DNA of 64,000 nucleotides from Bugula neritina (GCA_964035545.1 OZ037765.1:21451504-21515503); one strand, 5' to 3'; positions 49,939 to 64,000 are shown, counted from the stretch's first letter. Translations and numbers: made by a program. Notes: generated from the letters alone by a model not told the origin.

Positions 49939-51520
49939 TACTCATATGACAATGACAATGTGCTTGTTTTCTTGCAGGCCTCCCTCCCAGCCTTTTTTGC
50001 TATTCATAATTAGAATCAGCACATGTAATTACCCCATATATTGTAGTTAAATGTTCATGAATTTTGAGCAAACTTTAATTTTGGGTAATGATTTGCTATA
50101 CTAAATAAAGTAAAATAAATTATTATAATTTTGTTATGTTTGTTATGATGCACCTGTGCGACAATTGCATGTTTCCATTAATTAAGAACTGCAGCTTAAA
50201 GGGCTTATTTTATCCTCAAAAGGTTTAATTGAAAATAATTGTCATAAGTTATACTGCCAAGTTGCTCATACTATAATATGCAGGATAATAAATTCAGAAT
50301 GTTGTATCTTTTATATATATAGATCCTACAGTTATATACCAAATCTATGAGTATTACTTTTAATTGCAATTTTCAATCTTCAATGATAGAAATATTGAAA
50401 CATAAACCTGAGGCTCACAGACTGAAGATATGAAATTAAATAATTCCTGTAATAAAAAGTTGCACAACTAATTTCCAGAAGCATGCTTTTTGCATTTGAG
50501 CTTGAAAGGTTTTCTATAAGTTATAATAGAAAGATATTGGAATAGAACACACCAATGATTGGCTGAATTTCTTACATGATTCATTATAATACCTACAGTT
50601 TTATTGACTGATTATAATTGGGAATCACCAACTAAAAAAGTTTATTGATTTAGCAACTAAGATAACTTTTATCATGCTAGATATAATAAATCTTTTTGCA
50701 CCAAGATTTCATCTAAATGACAAAATGTTTACATGCAGAGTTGTGCTGTATTAGGTAGATTACATGGTTATATAATGTTCTGATATATTTAGAATTCTCA
50801 TGGGATATCAAGTGTGTAGCTTCGTTAAAAATTTTCTTTTAAGCACGATCAGGCATTTGCCAAGTAAAATAAAATTTGCACACGAAGACTGTGGTATAGA
50901 AACTGCCATGCATGACAAGCTGAGTCAGAAACAAGACAAGCTGGTTTTATGCAAGTAATGCAATAAATTTGCATAATTGAATATTTATTTGCCAGAAATA
51001 AATATCAATTATAGGATAAAATACTTGCATAATCAATAAATATACCCAGATAAAACCCTTTTTTAAAATAAATACGCAAATAAATACATAAAGTTGGACT
51101 GCATAGTTTAATTTTGCAGTCATGACAATAATTTACTATCCAAGACACAGCATTATTAAGTTATATAAAACATACAATGATTGCTTGGCACAAGTGTAAG
51201 GAAGAATAAATAGTCATAATTTAAATATCACAATCAGTGATTGACAAGAAATATTACAGTCAAAACCATAAGAGTTCATTTCTAGTTAGTGTAAACATAT
51301 AAGATGAGATTTCTAATCTTTGGTGAGAATAAGTTATAAAAGCCTAGGCACAATTCTAGCGAAATTGTATGTTTGTAAATTTCATAAGAAAGAGGTAGCT
51401 TAAAAACAGTATACTATACTACAAGTATGTCACACATATATACTCCTAGTTGATCATAAAGCAATACAATAAATAATTATAGAGATCTCAATCCTTTTCA
51501 TTTATCTGTTTAACAGATAC

Positions 51521-54500
51521 TTAATTTCCCATTTCATAAAACAAGACATATGCTTCTTCTGAAACCAGACTTCGTTCAGTAATACTGCTAACTCTACAAA
51601 GCAAACACCAAAAAGCTCGTTTATTGTAACAGATTCAAAAATTTCACCTTATACTATGCAAGAAGTACAAGGATTTGCTTTAGAATAGATTACTTAGCTT
51701 AAATGAATGATGTTTTATAAAAACCGGGAGGATACAACTCCTCTTGCATAGCAAAATAGCAATCGGCTTCCTTGTATTAGCCTATGTTGGTCTAATTATG
51801 CCTATTTATAGTAGGAAGAATATGAAGATGCTAATTAGTGCCACACAAAACCTACCTGCTATCATCAAATAAATGCCAGGTGCGTGAGTATGGGTGCTTG
51901 CAATAGGCAGTGTAATGACCAGAATACACACTTCCTATGTGATTGGAAATTCCGTATATGTTGTAAATCACAGATTTGTCAGCTAAAATATCAACAAAAT
52001 AAACATCAAAACACTACAGTATAAGAATTTTCTAGCAAGTCAAACTGTTCAATTAGATTATGGATATATATATAATCATAATTATACATGCCACAAGTTA
52101 ATAACATGAGACCATTCAGTTTTTAGCCTGAAGGCTGGTCATATAAAGAAAAGTATGGCACAGCTGATAAATTTTAGAAGATAGAAAAGATGCACTCAGT
52201 ACATCAAATCTCCTTTGATATGTTATACACAAGAACTGTTTTATACAGTTAAACAAGCATATAGAGAAAAAGATGACTGGCAGAGACGTATGCTAAAGGA
52301 ATGTAATACACAAGAATTATATGAACAGTTTTCTACAGTTAAACAATCAACAGAATTTTCTAAGACTTACAGGAGACTGAAAAGCGAGAAAGGTTGAGCC
52401 CTTGTAACTCAAAGTTCACTTTAGTCTGTAGCTTCTGTCTGTAGCGATCTCCAGAGAAACGCTTTAAATGCAGCACCAGGATTTTGGGAAATCTTTGAAT
52501 CTTAAACGTCTTAGTGCATCTTCGTCGTGCCTTGCACTTTGCACACGTCTGCAACACAAAGTGTTCTGAGACATGACCAACCAAGTTACTTCTACATATC
52601 AGCAAACATATAGTGTCTTTGTTAAGCTTCCATTAAAAAGAACATTGCACAAAACAAAACTTCTCAAGACATACTATGGCAGATCAAAGATCAATTAAAT
52701 CAATTTTAGGTTACCGATTGAGCATAAGCCACATACACCCAATAAAATTAATAATCAAAACTAACCGGTCTTTCATCACCATCCAATATCTCCTCCTTCA
52801 TGAAATACTCCATACAGTCTTGAATGTCCACACGGCTACGGCCCTATTAAACAGAAACACTAATAGGTGACTTTGTGAAACCAGTGAAATACGCTAACAT
52901 GTTATATAAAGTTGTAAAATAAATTTTGTTCAACATTTCATTATAAAAGTACAAAAAAAAATAGTTTTTTTTACCAAGTTCCAATAATTCAATATTGTTT
53001 ATGACATTCTGTGTGATATTAATAGAATTTAATAACAAACTCGACAACTAAAGTTAAAATATAAAAAAGTAGCTAAGTTCATTACCAAAGGACACTAATG
53101 AATTCAACAGCAGAAAACAGTTTTACACAGATGGTATGTAGAAACTATAGAGTAGCAGTTTAGCCACTGTACCTTGGGGATGGGGAGAGAGAGGTCCCAA
53201 AAAGGATCAAATGTAACTGACTTATAATTACAAGTTTGACAGATCAGCTCACTCTTCAACTGCCCAACAAACAGATCTAAAACACAAATGATAAACATAA
53301 TTATAAGCATCTCATGAACCAAACTAAATTTAAAATCACTCAACATCAACAGCTAAAATTTAATTTTAAAGAAAATTCCATTTTTAACTTCACACTTTTA
53401 AATTTACTGGAATATTCTTAAAGCACTATCAACTACAAAAAAAAAACCTTTAAAACCTCTTAGATTTCTCCATAAAATTGCTAATATATTTAAAAGAATT
53501 GAGAGTGACCTAACACGTAATCAATCATAGCTCCTTCGAGAAAGTAGATATGCACCATTTATGATTATAATAGTAATTATTATAAATATTGCATGTATCT
53601 TCAATACCAGGTAAATTACATGAATCATATGATAAATCCTTAAATCTTACCAACAATGGCACTGTTATCAAAGTTGATGTATCTTCTCCAATATTCTCTA
53701 GCCTTTTCTGAATCCCTAAATAAGCAAAGCAGATGTTTCAGTATATAATTTTTCATATACTATACAGAACATAAAATAGCTGCTACATATATGAACAACT
53801 ACTGCGATACCTTCAAAGGAGTAAATATCATTGAAAAATAGAAAATATAAAATCCTTCTGTAAGATATACTTACGTCATTCTCTGTTCAGCAGCCTCATC
53901 ATGACCTATATACTTGGGTTTGGACTTGACTCTGTTAACATCTTCATGTAAGCCTTGCAAAAAGTATCTCAGAAATTCCTGAGAGTCTTGCTGACTGTTA
54001 TAAGAGAAAAAAATATTGCTGATTAGTCCAAATAGATTTTAACAACTTCATTTAATAATTTATAAAATAGGGATGAAAAATTAATTACACTGACTGCGTA
54101 AGTTGTAAGACATTGGTTAATAGTAGTCGAGTAATTAAAACAAGAGCCACAACTCCAAATCAAATTAGTATTCCCTATGCATATGCCCACAAAATACAGA
54201 GTATGAAATTAATTTGTAAAACATCTTCAGTTAGATTGACCACTTGCAGTTTTTAAGCTCAAACAAAGGTTTGGAGAGTTCAAAAAGGAAAATAAACAAC
54301 ATATTCTATTAGCAGACACATAGACCAAGTGAAAATAATAGCAGGTAATCTTAGTTTTAGCTACATGTATGGATGAACAATGACCTGTAGAACATTGAAC
54401 TAATAAGATCATTCAGTAAGCTGTTAGTCAAATAGTAATGGCCTTCCTAACATTAAATGTACTATCAAAAGGTATATTTCAGATAATTATATACATGGCA

Positions 54501-56576
54501 GTTACTATACAACTATAGTACTAGAAAAATTACCACAAAGGGTATAGCAAAAAGCTGCAATAATTCTCACAACAGGGAAATTATTCCGTCAAACTTGTAC
54601 AGAACATTTCAATAATTTACATTTCATGAAAGTAAGACAAATTTTACTGGCACTAACAAGATATTGGATTTCGGTTAAACCTATCAAGTAGATGTGACAT
54701 TAGGAGTAAGTGAATGTAGTATGTTACAGCACAAGGTCTTAGAATATAATGTAGTTCAGCATTTGTTGCCTTCGAGCACTCAACTCTACAGTATTGGCAT
54801 AAGTAATCATTAGCTGTCCTTAGTTGCCTCAACTCTTAGCTGATATACAATCTACACTTTTAACAACCCTCAATATCCAACCGAAGTTGTGTATTTGCTT
54901 CAAACTCTTTCAATTTAGTTACAAGTTTTTTAAGTAATACAGCTCACATATTTATAGTTATTAAAAAGCATCGCGGAATTAGTTGGTCTACACAGCAAAA
55001 ATGTGCCTTATAAAGCTGCTGGATTCAGTGACATAAGATGGCACAAGTTTACAAAGATAGTATGCAAATATACAAAACACCTTTGCCATTCCATACCCTA
55101 CAATCCTTGTTTCATAGTACATGATGTAAACAAGTCAAGTAAAATGATTCAATATCAAACAGCTACATATTTTGATGCTATCACTTTACCCCACGCACTG
55201 ATGACATGCAGCTGTATTGAGTTGAGCAAATACAGGATATTAAAGTTACCTGTAACCACTGAACTTTGGAGCAAAGGAGACCACTTTGCTACGCAATTCT
55301 CTTGGTGCCACACTTGAAAACCTCCCATCATCCCACACTTTACTAACCAACTTGGCAAATTCTACAATAAAGAGTCCACAAGTTGTTCAGACTGCAGAAA
55401 GAAAAGTTACACTCTACCATATCTCTGTATTTAAACACAAGTCATGTGAACATACTTATACCTACAGCAACAACCTACAGTAGTGAAATGTAAGTATTTC
55501 AGCAAACTGTAAGTATAGCAGTGAACTGTAGGTATAGCAGTGAGCTGTAAGTATAGCAGTGAACTGTAAGTATAGCAGTGAACTGTAAGTATAGCAGTGA
55601 ACTGTAAGTATAGCAGTGAACTGTACGTACCTTCAACCAAAGCTCCTTTCATGCTACTCATAGTTCTGTTGATATCTGACCTCATCTGACTGTTCCTCAC
55701 ATACTCTATCAACATTCTGGTGTTGAGCAGACATTGCAGCATTGAGTTCATAAAGCACGTGTTACCGAGATTGGTGAGGCCAACATTTCCCTTTTCGTGA
55801 CTAGAACTTCCCTTTAATATAGTTAAATTTTCATTTAAGTGCCTTGAAATTTATTTTTATTTTCTTAATTACACTAATAGTAATTATACATCATTTCCTG
55901 GACTAGATATTTCATAAAACTAACCAACATTAAAAAACAGGCTAATAACTCAATGCAAATTTTGATTTAAACTTTACTTATTTCAAAGATGAATATATAT
56001 TGCAACTTCCTAAAACAAGTGAGCATACATAAGCAAACATGTGTTTGGAAGTTGCAATGTATACACAACAGATAAAACATATACATACTATTTATATTTA
56101 CTTACAGAAGTGGCAGGTACATCGGCATCATGTGTAGAGCAGCTGCTGTTTTGATTCTGAGAGACAATACTCGACCAGGATCGGCTACTTGAAGCCACAG
56201 AGTCTGATCTACTGACAGGATCTGACAACTTGGGGGTACTAACAATAGTCGGAGCTGCCTTAGATTGGAGATATGAACGAGTTATAGAGCTGTACGACGG
56301 TGGGCTCCGGTAATCATTGCTAGTAGATTTCAAAGATGAAAATGAACTGTCGTTAACATCAATCCTAGCTCGAGGATTTTTACTTTGATAGTCATTGCTA
56401 CTGAGTGGGTAGCCACCCCTCCCGGTGGTGTGCAGGGTTGACTTGTAGCTAATAGTGGATCGATGGGTTGGAGTGGTAATTTTAGTGGCAGTAGAAACTG
56501 GACGCTTGATAAGTAATCTCTCGTATGAATTATGTCCTCCCCCATAACGAACTGGTGCTCCACTAGAGGTAGGCAT
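51521..56576 (-). CDS. USP2: Ubiquitin carboxyl-terminal hydrolase, USP2/USP21-like, multi-exon
   Basis: Ser-rich N-terminal exon (ATG 56576, with an in-frame TGA just upstream); Cys box '[18 protein letters not shown]'; '[22 protein letters not shown]'; '[29 protein letters not shown]'; '[25 protein letters not shown]'; His box '[25 protein letters not shown]'; '[10 protein letters not shown]'. Confidence 0.9.
55500..55625. repeat. 19-bp minisatellite (GCAGTGAACTGTAAGTATA) x ~6.5 at the 5' end of a USP2 intron
   Basis: Direct tandem units with no spacers, starting within a few bases of the donor at 55630. Confidence 0.9.
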
Positions 56577-58799
56577 GGTCAGTTGTATCTGTCACCTGAA
56601 ACATGATGTTAGACTAAGAATCACGTAACACAATGTAAAGCACCAACACAAATACAAGTAGTCTGTAGAGAGTTGTTGAATACACAGTCTAGCAATGTAA
56701 ACATTGCTATATATGCTATCTGCCTCTTTTTATCACAGATATAATTCCCAGTAGCACTCAGTACAAACTCACATTACAATACTTACTAGCAGAGTGTTAC
56801 AACTTTCCACTTATCCATCTACTATTATATAATACAGTATATTATACTAACTAGTTACTACATGCACTAGCATTGACATAATTAATCGTAATAAAGTGCT
56901 AAGGTAAATGCAGCAGCAAATCCCCGGAAAGTGTAGGTGTGTGGGAGAGTAACAGCCTAAGTTATAGCAAGGAGGTTATAGAGCTTTAATTGGATACTTG
57001 GAGGCATTTATATAGCAAGCTTATAAGAGCTATTTTTGTACATAGGCAAGTAGTGAATTAGAACTATGCGTAGGCAGGCTTATACTCAAACTATATTTTG
57101 TACACAGCAGTCAAAGCCTTACGTAACATTTTTACTATACATTTATAAATATTTGAACATGTATAAAGTGCTACAAAAATATTGAAATATAATTTTTTAG
57201 AAAAAAAATGGCTCCAAATTCCCCAAGGCCTGTAAAAGCCCTAAAATAATGCACAATTGTTCGTAACACTTTCAACTCATTTGTGTAACCACACCAAAAT
57301 GTTGCTTCCAAACCACCAGTGTTTACAGTGAAACCCAGCACAATAAACACATCCTCAGAATTGTCACCATAAATGGACTGCAAAAGGCTAATTTTGATAG
57401 GCTAACCAACTGAACATTTTAAAAAAATAACTATAATCTTCAGTACAACAGATTGAGGACAGTTAATTCACCATTTTTCCTGCTTTTTTGTTATGTTCTG
57501 TTCAAAAGATTCATTTCAAATACTGGTTTAAACAGTTAACTCAGTTAGAAAATATAAATACAAGTTCATCTTTGAAGAGTAACACTAAAATTTTATTATT
57601 AAGTATAATTTTAAATGAAAAAATATATTTTTAAAATTAATGTAACTTCTTCAAAGAGTTTGCTATCACTTCTTAGGTCAAACATATTTCACAGCTTAGT
57701 AATAGATTTATATCAATAATGATTCAAAAAGACTTTTAGTAATACTTTATTCAGAACGTTTTTAACAACTAGCTTTCATAAACTTGCATATTTTCTATAA
57801 ATTGCTAAATTCAGGTGACCAAACTGCTACAACTTTAACAATAATGATTAATGTAAACAAGTACCAAGATCTAAAAATAAGAGTGTTATTCTACATCCTT
57901 TGAAATAATATTGAGGGGGGTTATTATGTGAAGTAGAGATACATAACCTATTGATACTAAATAATTACAAAAGGCCTATGCAATTTATTAAAGATTGTTG
58001 TGCTATTACTTTCTCTCACGCAACAAATAGACAAAATATACTGCATATAAACATAGAATTCATTATTTTACTTAATATGCATGTAACTAGTACTATTTAT
58101 TAGATTGTGATACACTCATATAAATACTTAATAAAGCAAAAGCTACTAATAAAATGTGCAAGTTTAAAAGTTATACTTATCTTAATTATAGCTGATTTGA
58201 CTTAATTTTTTATTCCAGGAATTAAGAATTAAATTGATTTCACATACTGAAATTATTTCAAACAGTTGATGTAATTCAAATATTAAATACTAATTTTAGG
58301 ATATGGGTAGACTTAGCACTATAACTATCATTTTATGCTGATGCTTATGCTACAGGGTCTAGTTCGACTAACTCTAATATTTAGACAAACATACCATTAA
58401 CAGTTGCAAAACTTTTTCACATAACTATAACTACAAGTATAACATCGATAATTATTAATAAAAAAAACTGAATAAATATTTTAAAAACTTTTTTATACTT
58501 ATAGTTTAATACTAATTATTGTGATAATAATAGTAATACCTATAGTTGTAGCAATTATAATAGTAAAACTAAATAAAAATGTAATTCATTCTTCACTTTC
58601 ACTTTGATTCGCACTTGTGTTGTTGCAATTTCTAAATTAAAAGTGTTCTTCCTGTTTAAAATTGCGTGGACGACAAAATAAGCAAATAAAAATATTTCAC
58701 AATAAAATTAATAAACTATAATAGTCAAACAAATTCTAACCTTTTATTGCATATTGGCATTGCAGTGATTCAAAGACTGCTTTGCCTTTGCAGCATTTT

Positions 58800-58995
58800 T
58801 CACGACAAATCGGCCATGTCGTATATCACGTGACAACAATGAAACTTCTAGCCAATTAATATTTCTCGCGGTAGCTAAGCAACTGATATACCGCATCAAT
58901 TTATAAGCATTTATAACAGAGTACATGCCCTTTGATTTGATAAATTTACATAATAGTTATACTATAATTACAGTTTTCTTGTTACGTAACGTTAC
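58800..58995. promoter_or_regulatory. Putative USP2 promoter with E-box (TCACGTGAC) and D-box (GTTACGTAAC)
   Basis: CpG-enriched patch 2.2-2.4 kb upstream of the USP2 ATG, with the E-box at 58826-58834 and a perfect PAR-bZIP palindrome at 58981-58990. Confidence 0.5.
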
Positions 58996-61900
58996 ACGCA
59001 ATAATATTCTGCACTACAATAATTAATAGCAACGTGTTTTAAAAATTCAAAAGCACATGCAGCTGTTTAAATTGTTCCTAAATATTTGCATTATTCTTGT
59101 GTTGGGGCTTAAAAAGTAAAATGTTTACATTTTAATCTTCGCCAAAGGGAAAAAATAATTTCTAGCAATTAATTTAAGAATTTACCGTAACATCTTGAAA
59201 TACCTTCTTCTAGCATAATTAACATGAGTTGAGTTGAACAAAGTAGATTTAATATTTAACCCAGATAAGCTGAATGTTTTATGCCAGTGATGTGAAGCAG
59301 GATGGAAATATCAGCCAAACTAAAATTTATACCAATACAACTAACACGTATAATTTAAATAAGCAAAATTTAGAAACAACAAGGCTGGAATAACTGGCTT
59401 GTTGCTATAGTGCCTACTTGTTGGTTGCCATTTGCAAATAAAGTACTTGTCCAATATTAATTTTGATCTATAAGATGTTGAAAACAAACTACTATTTAAA
59501 GCTACATTACTTAGCTATACGATTATCTAAAGAGTAGACAACCATTTACTATATTCAACATTTTTTTCCTACAAAAATGCTAAAAGTCCAACAATTTTTC
59601 GAGAGTTGCTGGTGATGTAAAATATAAGAAAACGAGAAGAAAATTCCAAAGATGTATTTTTCTACACAAAAATGTGTAGCAAAACACACTTCTATGCTTC
59701 AATTAAATTTCTTCAAGAAAAGGAATAAATATATATGAACTTTTCCTATACTGTAAGTCTGTAAATAATATATCTTGACTTAACCAGCAGTCAAGAGATG
59801 CCTATTGTTTGTCTAAATTAGGATAATATTTACATGAAGCGCATTTAAAAATTGAAAACATGTGAAACAAACTTTAGAATTCTTTAATAAGCTACAACAA
59901 ATATGTAGTTATACTATTAAAATGTTAAAAATATTTCAGATTGCGAAACATTTCAATGAAACATTTCAATACGTAACTTACAATAAGATAAAAAGACTAA
60001 CAAATTTAAGAATAAATGTAGAACAGCTGCAGGAAGTTGCTTCTCAGAATTTATTTGTTAATTTTGTATTGTATTTTTTTATCAAAACTGACCTCTAGAG
60101 CACACATGTATTTGTAACACTTGTTGCTTTTCTAGTGAAATATTTGCAATTTGGCATTTAGTATATAGCACCTTTTTATTCCAACCAACATCAAAGGATA
60201 CCATGCGAAGTTAATTACCATGGCAGCTTGCATAATAAAGCTTTCAAGCTTGTTAGCCAGAAAATAAATAATAGCCTTCAACTTATTCAGGATTAAGCAC
60301 ACCAAGCTACCGGATTATACGAAAGTTATTTGAAAAGATCAAATTAAAGCCTATAATTGCGACAATATAGCCAAAACTTCGCAATGAAATCAGATTGCTG
60401 TAGAGAAAAGATGAGGAATTGACTTAAAAATGGCTGAAATAACATATTTGCATTATTGAAAAAATTTAATTTTCATGACTTATTCTAACTAGTAATTTAT
60501 TTTTGTTTGCCACATTTACCAACCTCAAATATTGTGTTAGGATATAGTAGAATCATGCATCTGCATAAGATAACTATACAAAACGAACCCTAAAATCAAG
60601 TTCTATTTCAGTTGAAAAAATAAATTAATTTTTTTTATAAACTAACTTAAATATAAACTTTTTCAGCATACTGTTTGTTATGCATGACTTAGTATATTTT
60701 TATGTTTTAACAACTCAAAAAGTTACAACTTAGAATTTACTTTTTGTTTATAAACTTATAAAATGAAATAGCAACTACCCTTAGATGAAAAGTGGCTTTA
60801 AACATGATTAACAAATATATAACCCTAATAGTGGTATTTCACAGTAATGACTAAAGAAAGTAAATGAATATCTTTTTGAGAAATGAACACTGAAGATCAT
60901 GCATCAAAATTCTTGGAATCAGAAGTTTAGCTCCACAAAAAATTAGCTTTACAAATAGACTAACTTTTAAAATTCAGTATTTTCCAGTCACAAAATGTTT
61001 AATTAGGCATTTCTAAGTTTTAAAACTATCTTGATAGAACACTTACTTGTTTTAAGCAAGCTTGAATCCGAAATTTAGAGTTGAAGAATCTGTATAATGC
61101 TCAGGTGAGGTATGCTGTCTTTGCTCTGGGTAGCTCCGTAGAAATGACCAGGGGTTAATCGGTTTCCCTTGTTTTATATCAATCCAGCACGCGTAAGCAT
61201 TCATAAAACAGCCAATCACAGGCCGTGATTTTGCTGTCCTATTTTGAAATGCTAGTATATCAGCCAATCAGAGCCGTGCCCTCGTCTAACACTGCATCAT
61301 TACGTAGCTTTTTTCTAATGCGATACCCTAGACTACTCGTGATTAAAAATGGCTGCTTTTATAATTTGTAACATTTTAAAACGTTAATTTTTTCAAACTT
61401 GCATTTCATATTGGAAGTTACAAATATCACAACAAAAACTATAAATATCAGTAGATAACATGAATTGTTATATAACAGATAATAATAATTATTGGCACAT
61501 GTGTTCAATCAATCAATCTATGACTAGCATTATTTGAAATTGAAACAATTTTCTCGATTTAACAGTGCCTTAAATTTGTGGTTCTGAGTTTATTTTTCGA
61601 AAGAAATTTAGTATAAATATTTCAAAAATGCAATCATAAGTTTTCAGGTACCTATACTATGAAATGTTTATACCTATAATAAATACTTTAGAGTTTAGAG
61701 CATATCAATTTTGATAGTGCTAATACAATGTATTCTCTATACATTGATTGAAAAGTCTGGTGAGCTATTAATAGCTATTTTCCTAATGTGATAGCCTAGC
61801 TTACTCCATGAAAACTGTTTTGGAGCTATAGCATTTTATAATAATTCATGCTTTTATTTAAATTTGTATTTTATATTGGAAGCGATAACAATCACAATAA

Positions 61901-62189
61901 AGGCTAGAATTATCAGTGGATAAAATAAATTGTTATATTATAACAAATAATAATAATAATTAGATATTAGATAAATTTAATAAAAATAACTTTGCATCCA
62001 GTAGGTTAGTTGTACTTCAGCAGTTGTGACATGGCAAAGTTCGTTAGTTTAGCATCTCAAGAAAATGTTGCTTTAATACATAATGGCATTTTTAAATAAA
62101 CCTCATGTTTGTTTCAAGCCTCGATGGTAAGAGTTTTTTAATTGGGTAAAAACCACTGAACGTATTTTCCAGGTCATTGGGCAAGGACT

Positions 62190-62320
62190 ATTTATAATGT
62201 GGCACCAGAGCAATTATGATTAGAATATCATCCTGGCATGATCACTAGTGGCCCCACTGGCTTAACCCCCCCCCAACCCTGTGCACTAGACTATTGCTCT
62301 CACCACTAGACTATAGCTGT
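62190..62320 (-). mobile_element. Degenerate copy of the tRNA-derived SINE family
   Basis: Shares GAGCAATTATGA with 24849-24860 and has a decayed head (..CTCTCACCACTAGACTATAGCT). Confidence 0.45.
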
Positions 62321-62734
62321 ACGCCCCTTTTGAAGTGCCTACATTTTTAATTACCTATGCTAGGATATTATATTTATAAGTGATGATTTATGCAAGTGCT
62401 AGTATTAGTTGTGTTTGTACATTATGCAATTTGTAAGTATTTCTATTATTATGGGATTATTCGTGTAATATTCAACTACCATCTTTTAAAAATTGCCATT
62501 TCTGTTCTCAAGCTCTGATCTTCGAGGCCTAGATAACACTAGAAGCCTCTAACTTCTATATAGTTGCTAGATTTTATTATCCTACTTTAAACTGTTAATA
62601 ATATTTTTACATTATCATAAGGCAATTCCGGGTCTCAGCTAACTATGCTTGAAACTGCAGACTGTTGGAGTTGTGTTCCTAATTAATTAGGATCCCTCGG
62701 CAGAAAGGAATTAACATTATATGATATGTTACAG

Positions 62735-63028
62735 GATTTTAGATAACAATGGCACAGGTAGAAATGGATTTTAGATAACAATGGCACAGGTAGAAATGGC
62801 ACCGGCAATAATGGTACAAATGGAAAAGTTGGAAAAAATAGCACACTGATGCTAAATTTTCCCACACCCCAAACCCAAGCACTTAACCCCAACCCCACGT
62901 AGCAAACCCTAATATTGAAAATGTGCCATTTTTACCTACTTTGCCATTTGTGCCCATATTACTGGTGCCATTATTACCTGTGCCATTTTTACTGGTGCCA
63001 TTTTTACTGGTGCAATTTTAACGGACAC
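62735..63028. mobile_element. Foldback-like non-autonomous repeat (copy 2)
   Basis: Same AATGGCACAGGT and GTGCCATTTTTACT arms, central AAACCC tract, shared core CTAATATTGAAAATGTGCCATTTTTACCTACTTTGCCATTTGTGCC and GGACAC end as the copy at 27863-28171. Confidence 0.75.
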
Positions 63029-63734
63029 CACATCACAGTTGTACGAGACAGCAGCATTGTGTATCCATTGAATTATGTGTCGGAATTTTTAAAAAGTATT
63101 CAGATGATCAAAAGACAAGGTTTTATAAGAAGATTTATCTGGCAAAAATTATCTAACATCATAACTGAAATGAAAGGCTATAGATTACCTTACTTAGACC
63201 ACTCAGCTATAAGACTTGAGTTAAATGCTAACTACCAAATAAACATAAAACACACTTACAACCTACATATTCATTGACACTGATCAAATTAAACTGCCAA
63301 AATACTCAATATATCAGCATATATTGCTATAGCAAAAATACTCCACAAAAATATAATTTTTGAATGTTGTAGGGGTAGTCTATAATTAAAGTTAATTTTA
63401 TCAGACATGCAGGGTCACGCTTACTATTGGTTAGCTTTAAAAAATAGTCAGAAATTGAAAAAGCTCTCTAGTTTCAACAAACCATTTGGTATATATAACT
63501 GTAAACGTGAAATTAAAATTGCCAAAGATATTATAAAAATAATTGTGAAATGAATCTACAGAAATTAAGCAGCAGCATAAACAATATAAATCTGATACAT
63601 AAGATTGGGTATCTGAAGTCAACTATCAGTTTGGAATGCAAATTGCGTTAAAAACCATACTAAAATAGTCTGATCATCATATAGCATCCTATTACACGTA
63701 CAAAACATACATGTACATGAGATGTTGAAAGTTA

Positions 63735-63812
63735 CTAGTGACAATTTCCACAATTAGGATGACAGGGTCCCTTTACTCTACATTTGCATCCTCCTGAATT
63801 GTCTCCTGGCCC
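63735..63812 (-). CDS. Possible terminal exon of a gene extending beyond the window
   Basis: Strong acceptor (TTTTTCAG at 63813) followed by a GC-richer stretch. Phase 0 reads [25 protein letters not shown]; the other two phases also give short open peptides. Confidence 0.35.
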   Translation of the reverse strand, partial: GPGDNSGGCKCRVKGPCHPNCGNCH

Positions 63813-64000
63813 CTGAAAAACACCCAAAGAAAATGTGTAGAAAATAAAAGATCAAGAAACAACACCGCCATTAAAGCTGTTTGAGAGACTTAATCAAAGA
63901 AATATAACCTTTAAAATCTTAAGACATAAACGGATGTAGATAGAAAAAAATTAGAAACACATAAAAGGAGGTTTGTTTAATCTTCGATTTAACTAAACGA

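Noticed and set aside
55500-55625. Regular short repeats as a CRISPR array
   Set aside because: The units are contiguous with no unique spacers, lie in a eukaryotic intron, and no cas genes are present.
61040-61573. Kolobok-like DNA transposon
   Set aside because: The CCAATCA repeats and the CAGTGCCTTAA end are suggestive, but I found no matching left terminus or TSD.
62683-63277. ORFs with CHFYW or NGT repeats (also 27971-28171) as Cys/His-rich proteins
   Set aside because: These are translations of the foldback-like repeat arms.

Overview
AT-rich, intron-rich animal genomic DNA, probably from a marine invertebrate (taxon is inference). There is no CRISPR array, rRNA or intact tRNA. Genes assembled by hand from splice signals: SRRT/Ars2 (+, 5' end outside the window, with one U12-type AT-AC intron); a compact TP53BP1 (-); C1orf43/NICE-3 (-); a 15-exon gene of ~826 aa (-, 26778-33846) with the architecture Macro domain - TIR - TIR - degenerate TIR - helical tail - CaaX; TMEM214 (+); two convergent intronless class A GPCRs; a USP2-like deubiquitinase (-); and a possible last exon of a gene running off the right end. 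Mobile DNA includes an internally deleted pogo-like element, PIF/Harbinger-type MITEs, tRNA-derived SINEs, LINE 3' fragments and a foldback-like repeat family. The best candidate for an undescribed system is the Macro-(TIR)3-CaaX gene. It joins in one predicted prenylated polypeptide the two domain types that form the signal writer and reader of bacterial type II Thoeris anti-phage systems. All family assignments come from motif recognition; no database searches were run.
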